Positions 36,630 to 48,862 of a DNA stretch of 64,000 nt are shown piece by piece; the stretch's first letter is position 1, and every line of letters starts with the position of its first letter. This DNA comes from Acidimicrobiia bacterium (GTDB lineage: Bacteria > Actinomycetota > Acidimicrobiia > Acidimicrobiales > Iamiaceae). Location: contig JBDIAX010000017.1 in NCBI GenBank assembly GCA_039812605.1, positions 847 through 64,846 on the forward strand, written 5' to 3'. The translations under genes and the position numbers were made by a program. Below the pieces are notes generated by a model. The model did not search any database, had not been told where the DNA came from, and was given only the letters and a program-made list of their open reading frames with translations.

Positions 36630-39600
36630 TCAGTCGACCGATCGGCCCAGGCGGTGCAACCCGAACCGGCGCCAGCCCACGAGGAGGCCACCGACCGCGA
36701 TGAGGGCCACGGCCCAGCCCACGAGCGGACGGGAGTCCGAACCGGTGCGGGGCAGCGTGCCCTGGTCCACCGTCTCGGGAACCACCGCCGATGGGGCGGT
36801 CGTGGTGGTCGTGGTCGACTCCTCGGTCTCGGGCTCCACGAACGGGACCTCGACGACCTCGGGGTCGGTGTTGTTCGCCAGGTTCGGGTCCGGCGTGTCC
36901 GAGCTCACCGTGGCCGTGCTCTCGAGCGTGAGCCCCTCCGCCTCCACGCCGACGTCCACCGTCACCTCGATGATCGTGGAATCGCCGGGGGCGAGCGACG
37001 GGCGGGTGCAGGTGATCCGCTGCCCGTCGATCGTGCACGCCCACCCATCGCCGGAGGCCGCCGTCGGCACCAGGCCAGCGGGAAGCTCGTCGACGACCAC
37101 GACGCCCATGGCCGTGGACGGACCGAGGTTGGTGACCTCGAGTTCGTAGGTGGCGACGTCGCCCACCTGGAGCACGCCGTCGTCGTCGACCACCCGGTTG
37201 TCGATGGCGAGGTCCGCGACCGGGGTGATCACCGTCACCGCACCGTCACCGGCCACGGCGGGGTTCCCCTCGTCGTCGACGGCCGTCGCGTCGACCACGT
37301 CGGCCTCGGTCGTGGGCTCGTCGCTCTCCACCGCCAGCGTGAACGAGCAGGCGTAGGTGGCACCCACCGCGATGGACCCCCCGGTGGCGCACGTCGTGGA
37401 CGTGACGGGCGCGGCCGTGGTGGTGATGTCGAACGGCGCGCCGCCCGCGATCGAGTCCAGCAGCTTCGTGAGCGTCACCGGCTCCACGCTGGTGTTGGTC
37501 ACGACCACGTCGAAGGTCACCGAACCGCCGGGAGCGGCCAACGTGGCGTCGCCGTTGTCCTTGGTGACGGTGATCGTCGGGAGCACGTCGGTGATCGTCA
37601 CCGTCTCCACGTCGGTGGGGGTGGTGGATCCGCCGTCGTCATCGGCCAGCGTGAACGACACCTGGTCCACGACCGTCGCTCCCGCGTTGCCGGTGACCGC
37701 CAGCGTGAAGGTGCAGGAGTAGGTCGCCCCCGGAGCCAGCACGGCGCCCGTGGCACAGGTCGTGGCGGTCACGATGCCGCCGACCTGCGTGACGTCGATC
37801 GAGGTGCCGTCCACCAGGTCGGCGATGGCGGTCACCGTGGCCGACTCCACCGTCGAGGTGTTGGTCACCGAGGCGGTGAACGTGACCCCGCCACCAGGCT
37901 CGGGCACCGTCGGCGTCTGCGCCTCCTTGGTGACCGTGCCGGTCGGCGCCACGTCGGTGATGTCCACCACCGCGCCGTCGGAGCCGGTCACCGGCCCCTG
38001 GTCGTCGTCGGTGCCGGTGACGGTCACGGTGTCCACCACCGCGTCGCCGGCATCGCCCGAGACGGCCATCGTGAACGTGCAGGTCACCGTCTGGCCGGGG
38101 GCGAGCACCGTGCCGATCAGGTCGTCGCAGGTGCCCGCGACCGCGACCGGGGCCCCGCCGCCGACCACGTCGACGATGGAGTCGATCGTGAGGCTGTCGG
38201 AGGTGGAGGTGTTGGTGATGTTCACCGTGTAGGTCACGTCCCCACCCGGTTCGGGCAGCGACTCGACCGACGGGGTCTTGGCGACGAGGATCGAGGACGC
38301 GACGTCCTTCACGTCGACCACCTCCGATGCTTCGCCAGACACCGGACCCTCGTCGTCATCGGTCCCCGTGACGGTGACCGTGTCGGGGACGGTGTCGCCC
38401 GCGTTGCCCGAGACGGTGAGGGTGAAGGTGCACGATGCCGTGCCGCCGGGGGCGAGGACCGTGCCGATGAGCGCCGGGCACGTGCCACCCGCGGCGATCG
38501 CCGGACCGCCAGACACCGAGTCCACGATGGCGTCGATCGTCACGCTGTCGGACACGGAGGTGTTCGTGATGCCGACGGTGAACGTGACCGCTCCGCCCGG
38601 TTCGTCCACGGAGGTCACCGACGCCACCTTCGTGACCGAGATCGACGACGCGACGTCGGTGACGGTGACCGTCTCGTCGCCCGAGTCGGAGACGGACTCG
38701 CCGTCATCATCCGTGCCGGTGACGGTGACCGTGTCGCCGACGACGTCGCCAGCATCGCCGGAGACCGCCATGGTGAACGCGCAGCTCGCCTTCTCCCCGG
38801 GAGCGAGCGTCGTGCCGATGAGCGCCGAGCAGGTGCCGCCGACCACCACCGGCGAACCGCCCGACACCGAGTCGACGATCGACCCGATCGTCACCGAGTC
38901 GGCCGGCGAGGTGTTGGTGATCTCGACCGTGTAGGTCACGTCGCCGCCGGGCTCGGGCACCGAGCCGACGGACGCTGTCTTGGTGACGTCGATCGACGAG
39001 CTGAGCCCGGTGATGGTCACCGATGCATCGTCGTCGTCGCTGGTGGAGTTGCCGTCGTTGTCCGACGCGGTGACGGTCGCGACGTCGGTCACGACGTCCC
39101 CCACGTCACCGGCCACGCCGAGGGTGAACTCGCAGCTGGTTCCGGCGCCCGCCGCGAGGGTCGTGCCGATCAGCGCCGTGCAGGTCCCGCCGGCCGCGAA
39201 CGGCGTGCCACCGCCGACGGCGTCGGTGATGGCGTCGATCGTCACGGTCTCGGCCGAGGTGTTCTGGATCGTGACCGTGTAGGCGACCGGTCGGGTCTGG
39301 CCCGGCGCGGTCTCAGCGACCGAGCCCGGCGCCGCGGTCTTGGTGACCACGATCGTCGGCTTGGCATCGGTGACGACCACCTCGGCGTCGGCCGTGGCCG
39401 ACGTGGTGCCGTCGTCGTCGGCCGCGACGACGGTCACCGTGTCGTCGAGGTCGCCGTCGTCGAGGTCAGCGCGATCCACCACGTGCGCGATCGAGAACGT
39501 GCACGAGGCCGAGGCCCCAGGGGCGATCACCGTCCCCACGATCGTGGCGCAGCTCCCCGCGTTGAGGTCGCCGGCGGTCGTGGTGGCGTCGACCGCGGCC

Positions 39601-41990
39601 GCGCCCTCCAGCGAGTCGGTGAGCGAGCTCACCGTGACCGGCTCGACGCCGTCGTTCGTGATCTGCACGGTGTAGGAGACCGTGCCGCCCGGCTCCGCGA
39701 TCGACGCGACCGACGGCGTCTTGGTCACGCTGATCACCGGATCGAGCGCGGTGATCGCCACCGAGGCGTCATCGCTGTCGGTGGCCTCGGTCTCGCTGCT
39801 GTCGTAGGCGGTGACGGTGACGACGTCGCCGATCACATCGCCGTCGTCACCGCTCACCGTCGCCGTGAACGTGCAGGTGGCCGTCGCACCTGGACCGGCC
39901 GCGGTGAGCACCTGGCCGACGAGCGGACCGCAGGTGGTGGCGGTGATCGGACCGCCCGTGGCGGTGATGTCGATCGCCGTCGCGCCCTCGATGGAGTCGG
40001 TCAGGTCGAAGATCGTCACGGGCTCCACGCTCGTGTTGGTGACCGACACCTGGTAGGTCACCGAGCCCCCCGGCTCACCGATGGTGGTGGCGAGAGCGGT
40101 CTTGGTCACCTCGATCGAGGGGTCGGGTGCCTGGTTCGTGAAGGTGCAGACCACGTCTTGGCCAGGACCGACGTAGACCGCACCGGGCGACTGCTGACCG
40201 GTGCAGGTGGAGCCGGTGAGCTGCCAACGAGCGGGCACCGTCTCCCCGATGGCGTAGGTGCCCACGGGCACCGCGACCTTCGCGCTCGATGCCTGGCCGC
40301 CCGTGGTGGTCAGGGAGAAGCTGCCCAGGTCGGGCACGTTCGAGGTGAAGTCGAAGGTGCCATCTGCCCCGTGAGCCACCTTCACCACCGTGATGGAGCC
40401 GGGCTTGGCCGTGTTCACGAACGTGCAGCGCCACTGCTGGGCTTCGCCGACCACGAGGTTCGTGGGCGACACCTGTTCGACCTGCTGGGTCGCGAGGTCG
40501 TCGCAGACCGCCGAGGTCTGCGTGTAGTTCGCATCCGCCACCTCGGCCACGGTGTAGGTGCCGGGGACGACGGGCGCGAACGTCCCGGTCTCGCCGTGGG
40601 AGAGGTCGTCGATCGTGCCGACCGTCGCCTGCCCGCTGGTGAGCGTGAAGTCGAAGTCCGTCGGGAGGCCCGCAGGCAGGGTCTGCTTGGTCACCTGGAT
40701 CGTGCTGGTGCGGACCTGGCGGTTGTACACCGCGCAGTTCACCGCCTGCTGCAACCCGACCTGGATGCCGTCGAGCTCGGTCGGGCTCTTCTGCGCCCCG
40801 GCCGCGTTCTGCCCCACGCTGTCGAAGATGACCTGCGGTGTGCTGCCGTCGAGGAGGTTCCGCGTGCACTTGGCGCCGTTGTAGACCCAGCCGGGCTGCG
40901 CCTGCTCGGAGAGGTTCACCGTCGAGGTGTTGGCATCGGTTGCCCAGTTGAAGCTGACCCCGCCCGAGGCGCCGGTGGTGAGCGTCGCGCTCGCACCGGT
41001 GGCGGCATCGGGCGAGCGCCAGTCGCTCGGGGTCGGGCTCACCGCGGCCGTGAACGTCCAGGGGTTCGAAGCACCAGCGACCGAGGTCGTGCCGTCGGCC
41101 TTCTGGAGGTACTTGGTGACGTTGAGGGAAGGCGCGCAGAGGTCGCGCACGAACGCCGCGACCACGGCCTGCAGCTTCGTGAAGTCGGACGTGATGGTGT
41201 AGTCGGCGTCGCCGAACGCCATGTTCGGGTTGCCCGAGCCGTCGAGCGTGAGCTCCTCGTCGCCGGTGACCTGGCTGAGGCGATCCTCGCTCGACGCACC
41301 CGTGAGGCCCACCCCGATGCCGAACATGTGGGCCCCCGCCGCCTTGATCAGGTCGGCCTCGGTCTCGGCCGCGGTGACGTTCGCCGCGCTCACCGTGCTG
41401 CCGTCGCCCGAGATGGCGTGGCTCCCGTCGTTGAGGTGGCCGTCGGGCTGCGTGGTGTTGCGGTACGTCGGGTCGCCGTCGGTGATGAACACCACGAGGT
41501 CGCCGGGCCCGCCGCTGCTGCGGCGGACGACCTCGAGGCCGTCGTCCCAGTTGGTGCCGCCGGAGCCACCCCCCGACGTGGGAGCGGCGTAGCTCGCTGG
41601 GTCGCGGAACACCACGTTGCCGAGGTTGGAGGTGCTGGTCCCGCCCGACGAGATCCCCTGAGCGCGCGTGGAGAAGGTGACGACCTTGAGCTGCGAGGGG
41701 GTGCCGACCAGGGCGTTGGCGAAGAGCGCCGCGGCGTTGCGCACCAGCGTCGCCTCAGACGAGCTGATCGACCCGGAGTGGTCGAGCACCAGGGTCGCGT
41801 CGATGCCGCAGCCTGGCGGGAGGTCCGGGTTGCCGTCGCTCGCTGGGGTCGCCGACGCCAGCGGCGTCAACCCCGCGAGCGCGATCAGCCCCGCGAGCGT
41901 CGCCCACCGGACGCGCTTCGTCGACCAACGATCGATCCATCGGCCGACACCGGCCGAGCCCCTCGTCGCCATGTTCTCGTTCTCCCGCAT
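36630..41990 (-). CDS. giant LPXTG-anchored surface protein: signal peptide, vWA domain, two prealbumin/SpaA-like domains, 8 tandem Cys-pair repeat domains, DUF11-like domain, and sorting signal
   Basis: ORF 36630..42140; start taken at ATG 41990 (ATG 41972 is an alternative). Signal peptide KRVRWATLAGLIALAGLTPLASA. MIDAS motif VLDHSGSIS. Repeats of the form VTKT..EPGG.VTYTV.ITNTS. LPRTG at 36755-36741, followed by a TM helix and a basic tail. Confidence 0.85.
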   Translation of the reverse strand: MRENENMATRGSAGVGRWIDRWSTKRVRWATLAGLIALAGLTPLASATPASDGNPDLPPGCGIDATLVLDHSGSISSSEATLVRNAAALFANALVGTPSQLKVVTFSTRAQGISSGGTSTSNLGNVVFRDPASYAAPTSGGGSGGTNWDDGLEVVRRSSGGPGDLVVFITDGDPTYRNTTQPDGHLNDGSHAISGDGSTVSAANVTAAETEADLIKAAGAHMFGIGVGLTGASSEDRLSQVTGDEELTLDGSGNPNMAFGDADYTITSDFTKLQAVVAAFVRDLCAPSLNVTKYLQKADGTTSVAGASNPWTFTAAVSPTPSDWRSPDAATGASATLTTGASGGVSFNWATDANTSTVNLSEQAQPGWVYNGAKCTRNLLDGSTPQVIFDSVGQNAAGAQKSPTELDGIQVGLQQAVNCAVYNRQVRTSTIQVTKQTLPAGLPTDFDFTLTSGQATVGTIDDLSHGETGTFAPVVPGTYTVAEVADANYTQTSAVCDDLATQQVEQVSPTNLVVGEAQQWRCTFVNTAKPGSITVVKVAHGADGTFDFTSNVPDLGSFSLTTTGGQASSAKVAVPVGTYAIGETVPARWQLTGSTCTGQQSPGAVYVGPGQDVVCTFTNQAPDPSIEVTKTALATTIGEPGGSVTYQVSVTNTSVEPVTIFDLTDSIEGATAIDITATGGPITATTCGPLVGQVLTAAGPGATATCTFTATVSGDDGDVIGDVVTVTAYDSSETEATDSDDASVAITALDPVISVTKTPSVASIAEPGGTVSYTVQITNDGVEPVTVSSLTDSLEGAAAVDATTTAGDLNAGSCATIVGTVIAPGASASCTFSIAHVVDRADLDDGDLDDTVTVVAADDDGTTSATADAEVVVTDAKPTIVVTKTAAPGSVAETAPGQTRPVAYTVTIQNTSAETVTIDAITDAVGGGTPFAAGGTCTALIGTTLAAGAGTSCEFTLGVAGDVGDVVTDVATVTASDNDGNSTSDDDDASVTITGLSSSIDVTKTASVGSVPEPGGDVTYTVEITNTSPADSVTIGSIVDSVSGGSPVVVGGTCSALIGTTLAPGEKASCAFTMAVSGDAGDVVGDTVTVTGTDDDGESVSDSGDETVTVTDVASSISVTKVASVTSVDEPGGAVTFTVGITNTSVSDSVTIDAIVDSVSGGPAIAAGGTCPALIGTVLAPGGTASCTFTLTVSGNAGDTVPDTVTVTGTDDDEGPVSGEASEVVDVKDVASSILVAKTPSVESLPEPGGDVTYTVNITNTSTSDSLTIDSIVDVVGGGAPVAVAGTCDDLIGTVLAPGQTVTCTFTMAVSGDAGDAVVDTVTVTGTDDDQGPVTGSDGAVVDITDVAPTGTVTKEAQTPTVPEPGGGVTFTASVTNTSTVESATVTAIADLVDGTSIDVTQVGGIVTATTCATGAVLAPGATYSCTFTLAVTGNAGATVVDQVSFTLADDDGGSTTPTDVETVTITDVLPTITVTKDNGDATLAAPGGSVTFDVVVTNTSVEPVTLTKLLDSIAGGAPFDITTTAAPVTSTTCATGGSIAVGATYACSFTLAVESDEPTTEADVVDATAVDDEGNPAVAGDGAVTVITPVADLAIDNRVVDDDGVLQVGDVATYELEVTNLGPSTAMGVVVVDELPAGLVPTAASGDGWACTIDGQRITCTRPSLAPGDSTIIEVTVDVGVEAEGLTLESTATVSSDTPDPNLANNTDPEVVEVPFVEPETEESTTTTTTAPSAVVPETVDQGTLPRTGSDSRPLVGWAVALIAVGGLLVGWRRFGLHRLGRSVD
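37221..40115 (-). repeat. 8 in-frame tandem coding repeats of 351-381 bp inside the surface-protein gene
   Basis: Unit boundaries from the translation: 40115, 39734, 39353, 38993, 38642, 38291, 37940, 37574 and 37221. Units 4-6 (38993-37941) are all exactly 351 bp and are the most similar to one another. Confidence 0.85.
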
Positions 41991-42260
41991 CGGATCCCGC
42001 AACTCGATGCAAGTGAGGCCGGTTTCGCTTCGCTCCACCCGGACCCAGCGACCAGTCGGTCCGGAGATCAGTGCGCATCCCGCTCGCACCCACCACCGTA
42101 CGCCTCGAACCTGACGAAGTGTCCAGGTCGTTCGGCCCATTCTTCGTGACGCTCAGGACGACGCGCACCCACGTCGAGTTCACGAAGCCGACAGGTTGGG
42201 CGAGATGGCCCACCGGGAGGGCAACGACCGGCTTCGAGCCGTCGCGGGGCGAGGGATACC

Positions 42261-45134
<2,874 letters not shown>

Positions 45135-45135
45135 C

Positions 45136-45609
45136 GTGCGCCGGTGGCTAGGGCTCGCGTCGCTCGTCGCCTTCGCGGCGTGCTGCGCCGCGGGGATCGT
45201 CGTGCTCCTGCTCCCCTACGGCCACACCACCAACGTCCCCGGGTTCGTCGCCGACGTGGACGTTCGCTGCCAGGCGCCACTCGTCGACGCGGTGAGCACG
45301 GCCGACGCGTCCGACGGCTGGTTCGTGATGGACCGGACCGACACGGGCGTCACCTTCAGCGACGGCATCGATGATCGAGGCGACGGGTCCACCACGACCA
45401 CCGGCGGCAGCCTCTGCTACCCCGACTCGGTGCAGCGCGCCGCCCTCGGCGTGGGTCTGGTGACCTTCGGCGGCACCGGCTTGCTGGGGTGGCAGCTCCT
45501 GCGGATCCGCCGTCGCAACCGTGGCGACGACCTCGACGAGTCCGACGACCTCGACGAGCCCGACGAGCCCGAGGAGCCCGATGGCGACCTCAGCCCGGCG
45601 CCGGGCTGA
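45136..45609 (+). CDS. small membrane protein with an acidic repeat tail
   Basis: The GTG start lies 1 nt after the leuS stop. Two TM helices. C-terminal DDLDESDDLDEPDEPEEPD. No family recognised. Confidence 0.5.
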   Translation: MRRWLGLASLVAFAACCAAGIVVLLLPYGHTTNVPGFVADVDVRCQAPLVDAVSTADASDGWFVMDRTDTGVTFSDGIDDRGDGSTTTTGGSLCYPDSVQRAALGVGLVTFGGTGLLGWQLLRIRRRNRGDDLDESDDLDEPDEPEEPDGDLSPAPG

Positions 45610-46036
45610 AGCGGAGCTGGTCCATCTCCCAGAACGCCCGCAGGCTCTCGACCTGGCCGTCGGCGTTCACCTTGTAGATCGCCACCATCTCGCCGCTCAT
45701 CGAGCCACCGTCGGGGAACGAGGTCGTGATGGTGATGTAGTTCGCCACCTCGTCGCCGCCGGCGGCCGACGAGATGATCCCCATCTGCACGGGGTTCATC
45801 GAGACCACGTCGTCCCAGAACTTGGCGATGCCGTCCTTGCCGCGATGGCCTTCGCCCGTCGCGTCGAACATCGACACCCCGACCGGGTCCTGGACCACGG
45901 CATCGTCGGCGAAGATCGCCAGCCACGCGTCCTTGTCGCCGGCCTGCACCGCCGCCCGGCTGCGCAGCGAGGCGGCCCGGGCGGAGCGATCGTCGTCTGC
46001 GGGGAACGGCAGGTCGAGGTACTCGAAGGTGTTCAC
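45590..46036 (-). CDS. SnoaL-like / NTF2-fold (ketosteroid-isomerase-like) protein
   Basis: 148 aa; AWLAIFADDAVVQDPVG...FWDDVV...; the GTG start overlaps the upstream stop (GTGA). Confidence 0.7.
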   Translation of the reverse strand: MNTFEYLDLPFPADDDRSARAASLRSRAAVQAGDKDAWLAIFADDAVVQDPVGVSMFDATGEGHRGKDGIAKFWDDVVSMNPVQMGIISSAAGGDEVANYITITTSFPDGGSMSGEMVAIYKVNADGQVESLRAFWEMDQLRFSPAPG

Positions 46037-46926
46037 GGGGCGACCTCCAGGTCACGCAGCGGATGGATGACGGTGTCGGCGAACCAGGCGATCGAGTCGA
46101 GCTGGTGCTGCGGATCGTTCGGGTCGCCACCGGAGAAGTACCAGGGGACGGTGATGACGTCGGTGAGGCCGACCTCGGCGAGCGATGCCATCGCGTCGAC
46201 CGTGGCCGGCACCAGCGGGGTGGCCTTCACCTCGAACCCGTCCACGGCCCGCCCCTCCTCCGCGAGGAGCGCGTGGAGCGTGCCGATCAGCGCGGCGAGG
46301 TCGTCCGCGCTGGCCTGCGCGCCGATCCAGCCGTCGCCCAGGCGAGCGGCCCGACGGAGGCCCGGTTCGGAGTGGCCGCCGACGTAGATGGGGACCGGGT
46401 GGTCGGCCGGAGCCGACGGATCCATCCGCAGGCGGTCGAAGTCGTAGTGGGGCCCGTGGTGCTCCACGTACCCGCCGGCCACCACCGCTCGGATCACCTC
46501 GATCTGCTCGTCGAGGCGCTTGCCCCTCGTCCTCATCTCCTGGCCGAGCCAGGCGAACTCCTCGGGCATCCAGCTCAGCCCGACCCCGAGACCGACGCGG
46601 CCGGGGAACATCGCCGCGAGCGACCCGAGCGCCTTGCCCACCAGCAACGGGTGGCGCAGCGGCGTCTTGAGGACGTTGGTGTAGAGGCCGAGGCGCTCGG
46701 TCGCGGCGCCGACGGCCGGCATGCCGACGAAGGGGTCGACGAACGGCGAGTCCTCGGGCCAGAAGCGCTTGCCGTCGGCCGTGAAGGGGTAGTCGCCCGA
46801 CACCTGCTCCGCGTAGAAGACCGAGTCGGGGAAGCACACCGAGTCCCAACCCGCCGCCTCCGCGGCCCGGGCGAGCGGCACGATCCGGTCGGGTGGGGTC
46901 ATGGCCAGCGCCAGCGTGAACTGCAC
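46033..46926 (-). CDS. LLM-class (luciferase-like) flavin/F420-dependent oxidoreductase
   Basis: MQFTLALAM...AEAAGWDSVCFPDS...GRVGLGVGLSWMPEEF...PIYVGGHSEPGLRRAARLGDGW. Confidence 0.8.
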   Translation of the reverse strand: MQFTLALAMTPPDRIVPLARAAEAAGWDSVCFPDSVFYAEQVSGDYPFTADGKRFWPEDSPFVDPFVGMPAVGAATERLGLYTNVLKTPLRHPLLVGKALGSLAAMFPGRVGLGVGLSWMPEEFAWLGQEMRTRGKRLDEQIEVIRAVVAGGYVEHHGPHYDFDRLRMDPSAPADHPVPIYVGGHSEPGLRRAARLGDGWIGAQASADDLAALIGTLHALLAEEGRAVDGFEVKATPLVPATVDAMASLAEVGLTDVITVPWYFSGGDPNDPQHQLDSIAWFADTVIHPLRDLEVAP

Positions 46927-47042
46927 GTCACCGATTCTGACGCATCGTCAGATGCCCCGCGCCACCCGGCTCCCCACGTCGATGGGCACGCAGCGGCCCA
47001 GGCCGGTCGATGTCCATCGCCCCATGGTGACGATCGGCCTTC

Positions 47043-47834
47043 CTACGGGCGGCCGGCGACGTGGGCGGCAGCGCGGCGGTTGGCGCGGTCCATGGCCTCG
47101 GAGAAGGGCGCGCCAGACGCCAGCGCCACGAGCAGGGCCGAGGCGAACACGTCCCCAGCGCCGATCGTGCCGGCGGGGGCCTCCACCACCGGCACGCCGG
47201 GCAGGTCGATCACCTCGCCGTCTCGCTCGCCGAAGCACCCGCGATCGCCCCGCGTGACGGCCACCGCTCGGCCGCCCACCGCCAGGGGCTCGGCGATCTG
47301 CGCGTGCTCGGACTCGCTGACCACCACCACGTCCACGCCCTCTGCCCACGATGCCCCGGGATGGTCGATCAGGCCGAGCCGGGCCGTGACCGGATCGAGC
47401 GTCCGCAGCAAGCCCTGAGGCGTGATGCCGACGAGCCCATCGCCGTCCACCGAGCGCACGAGGTCCGCGGTGACCTCCCCGAGGATCGGCGCCAGGTGCA
47501 CGACGTCGGCACCAGCCGGATCCACGCCGACCCTGGCCAAGTCGATGGGGTCCGCCACCGTCGGCACCGCCTGGGGGCCGAGATCGGACTCGAGGCCGAA
47601 GCGCATGACGGTGTCGTGGGCGCTGGGCTGCACCGTGACCCGCACCCCGGGGAGCGCGGCGCGCGCGGCAGCCGCGAGGTCGTCGGTCCCGGAGGTGACC
47701 ACGTGCACGTCCCAGCCTGCCTCCAGCGCGACCCGGCTCGCGAAGAGCACCGACCCACCGAGCCGACGATCGACGCCTCCCTCGACGGGCACCTCATCCC
47801 AGCAGACCGAACCGATCGCCAGGTACGTGCTCAC
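47043..47834 (-). CDS. PfkB-family carbohydrate/nucleoside kinase
   Basis: C-terminal GTIGAGDVFASALLVALASG anion-hole motif; 263 aa. Confidence 0.8.
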   Translation of the reverse strand: MSTYLAIGSVCWDEVPVEGGVDRRLGGSVLFASRVALEAGWDVHVVTSGTDDLAAAARAALPGVRVTVQPSAHDTVMRFGLESDLGPQAVPTVADPIDLARVGVDPAGADVVHLAPILGEVTADLVRSVDGDGLVGITPQGLLRTLDPVTARLGLIDHPGASWAEGVDVVVVSESEHAQIAEPLAVGGRAVAVTRGDRGCFGERDGEVIDLPGVPVVEAPAGTIGAGDVFASALLVALASGAPFSEAMDRANRRAAAHVAGRP

Positions 47835-48862
47835 CCGCCCTCGCCCTTGGCCGCGGCCAGCCCCGACTCGAACGCATCGACGGCCGCATCCTCGGCGGGA
47901 CCAGCCGCGCCCCTCGGGGCCTTGCGCAGCACGAGGCGGAACGATCCGGCCATGGCGACGTCGCCGGGGTAGGCGATCGACGGCTGGCGCCCCACGGCGC
48001 GCACGACCGCTCGGCCGAAGTGCTTGCGGTACACCTCGGCGTTCCAGATCCCCCCGAAGCAGCCAAGGGTCCCGAGACCGGTGAAGTCCCGGAACGCCGC
48101 GGAGACCGTTCCCGCGAGCTGGGCGGCCTGATCCTCGACGATCGCCGCCGCATGGGGTTCGCCCTGGGTGGCCAAGCGCAGCACATCGGTGGCGAACGAC
48201 GCGATCTTCGCCTTGTCGACCTCAGGCTTGTAGATGAGGTCGAACAGCTCGTCGGTCTCCTCCCCGATGCCGAGCCGATCCCGGCAGGCCTCGGCGAGCA
48301 CCTCCGCCGACGAGGACCCCTCCGCCACGAGCAGCACCTCGCGCAGCGCCGCTCGCCCGAGCGCGTAGCCCGACCCCTCGTCGCCCAGCACGTAGTCCCA
48401 TCCGCCGTAGCGCTTCGAGCCCTGGTCGAGCGCGCCGGCCAGGACCGCGCTCCCCGTGCCGGCGATGACCGCCACGGCCGGCTCGAGCTTCGCGGTGGCG
48501 GCCCAGCAGCCGATCGTGTCCGCGACCACGGCGATGGTGGCCCCGGCGGGCACCACCTCGCGCACCCCCCGGGCGAGCACCTCGGCGTGGGCCGCCGTGT
48601 CGACCGACGCGCTGCTCACGAGGACGGAGGTGACCGAGAGCGGGCGAGCCGCGGCGCCGAGTGCCCCGGCGATCACCGCGCGAACGTTCTCGGCCGCAGC
48701 CTCGTCGCCCGTCGAGCGGCTGTTGGTGGGTCCGCCCTCGGCGTAGCCGAGCACCTCCCCCGCCTCGGTGGCCACGCACGCGCGGCTGCCGGTGCCGCCG
48801 CCGTCCACGACCACGACGGTGGACGGGTCCACGAAGGTCGGCAGCGAGGTCAGCCAGTCCAC
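47831..48862 (-). CDS. BadF/BadG/BcrA/BcrD-type ATPase (N-acetylglucosamine-kinase-like)
   Basis: Tail of ORF 47831..49129. VVVDGGGTGSR...IAGTGSAV...GWDYVLGDEGSGYALG. The start near 48862 is uncertain. Confidence 0.75.
   Translation of the reverse strand: MDWLTSLPTFVDPSTVVVVDGGGTGSRACVATEAGEVLGYAEGGPTNSRSTGDEAAAENVRAVIAGALGAAARPLSVTSVLVSSASVDTAAHAEVLARGVREVVPAGATIAVVADTIGCWAATAKLEPAVAVIAGTGSAVLAGALDQGSKRYGGWDYVLGDEGSGYALGRAALREVLLVAEGSSSAEVLAEACRDRLGIGEETDELFDLIYKPEVDKAKIASFATDVLRLATQGEPHAAAIVEDQAAQLAGTVSAAFRDFTGLGTLGCFGGIWNAEVYRKHFGRAVVRAVGRQPSIAYPGDVAMAGSFRLVLRKAPRGAAGPAEDAAVDAFESGLAAAKGEGG

Noticed and set aside
37221-40115. Regular repeats that might be a CRISPR array
   Set aside because: The units are 351-381 bp, in frame, and encode protein domains. 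There is no short repeat/spacer structure and there are no cas genes.
36654-42149. 1,831-aa plus-strand ORF
   Set aside because: It is the mirror frame of the giant surface-protein gene. It is Arg/Gly/His/Asp-rich nonsense with no signal peptide or domains. The minus-strand frame has a signal peptide, vWA domain, repeats and LPXTG.
42141-42260. T-box or attenuator leader for leuS
   Set aside because: There is no T-box sequence (AGGGTGGNACCGCG-like) and no Leu-codon-rich leader peptide. Only a generic inverted repeat is present.
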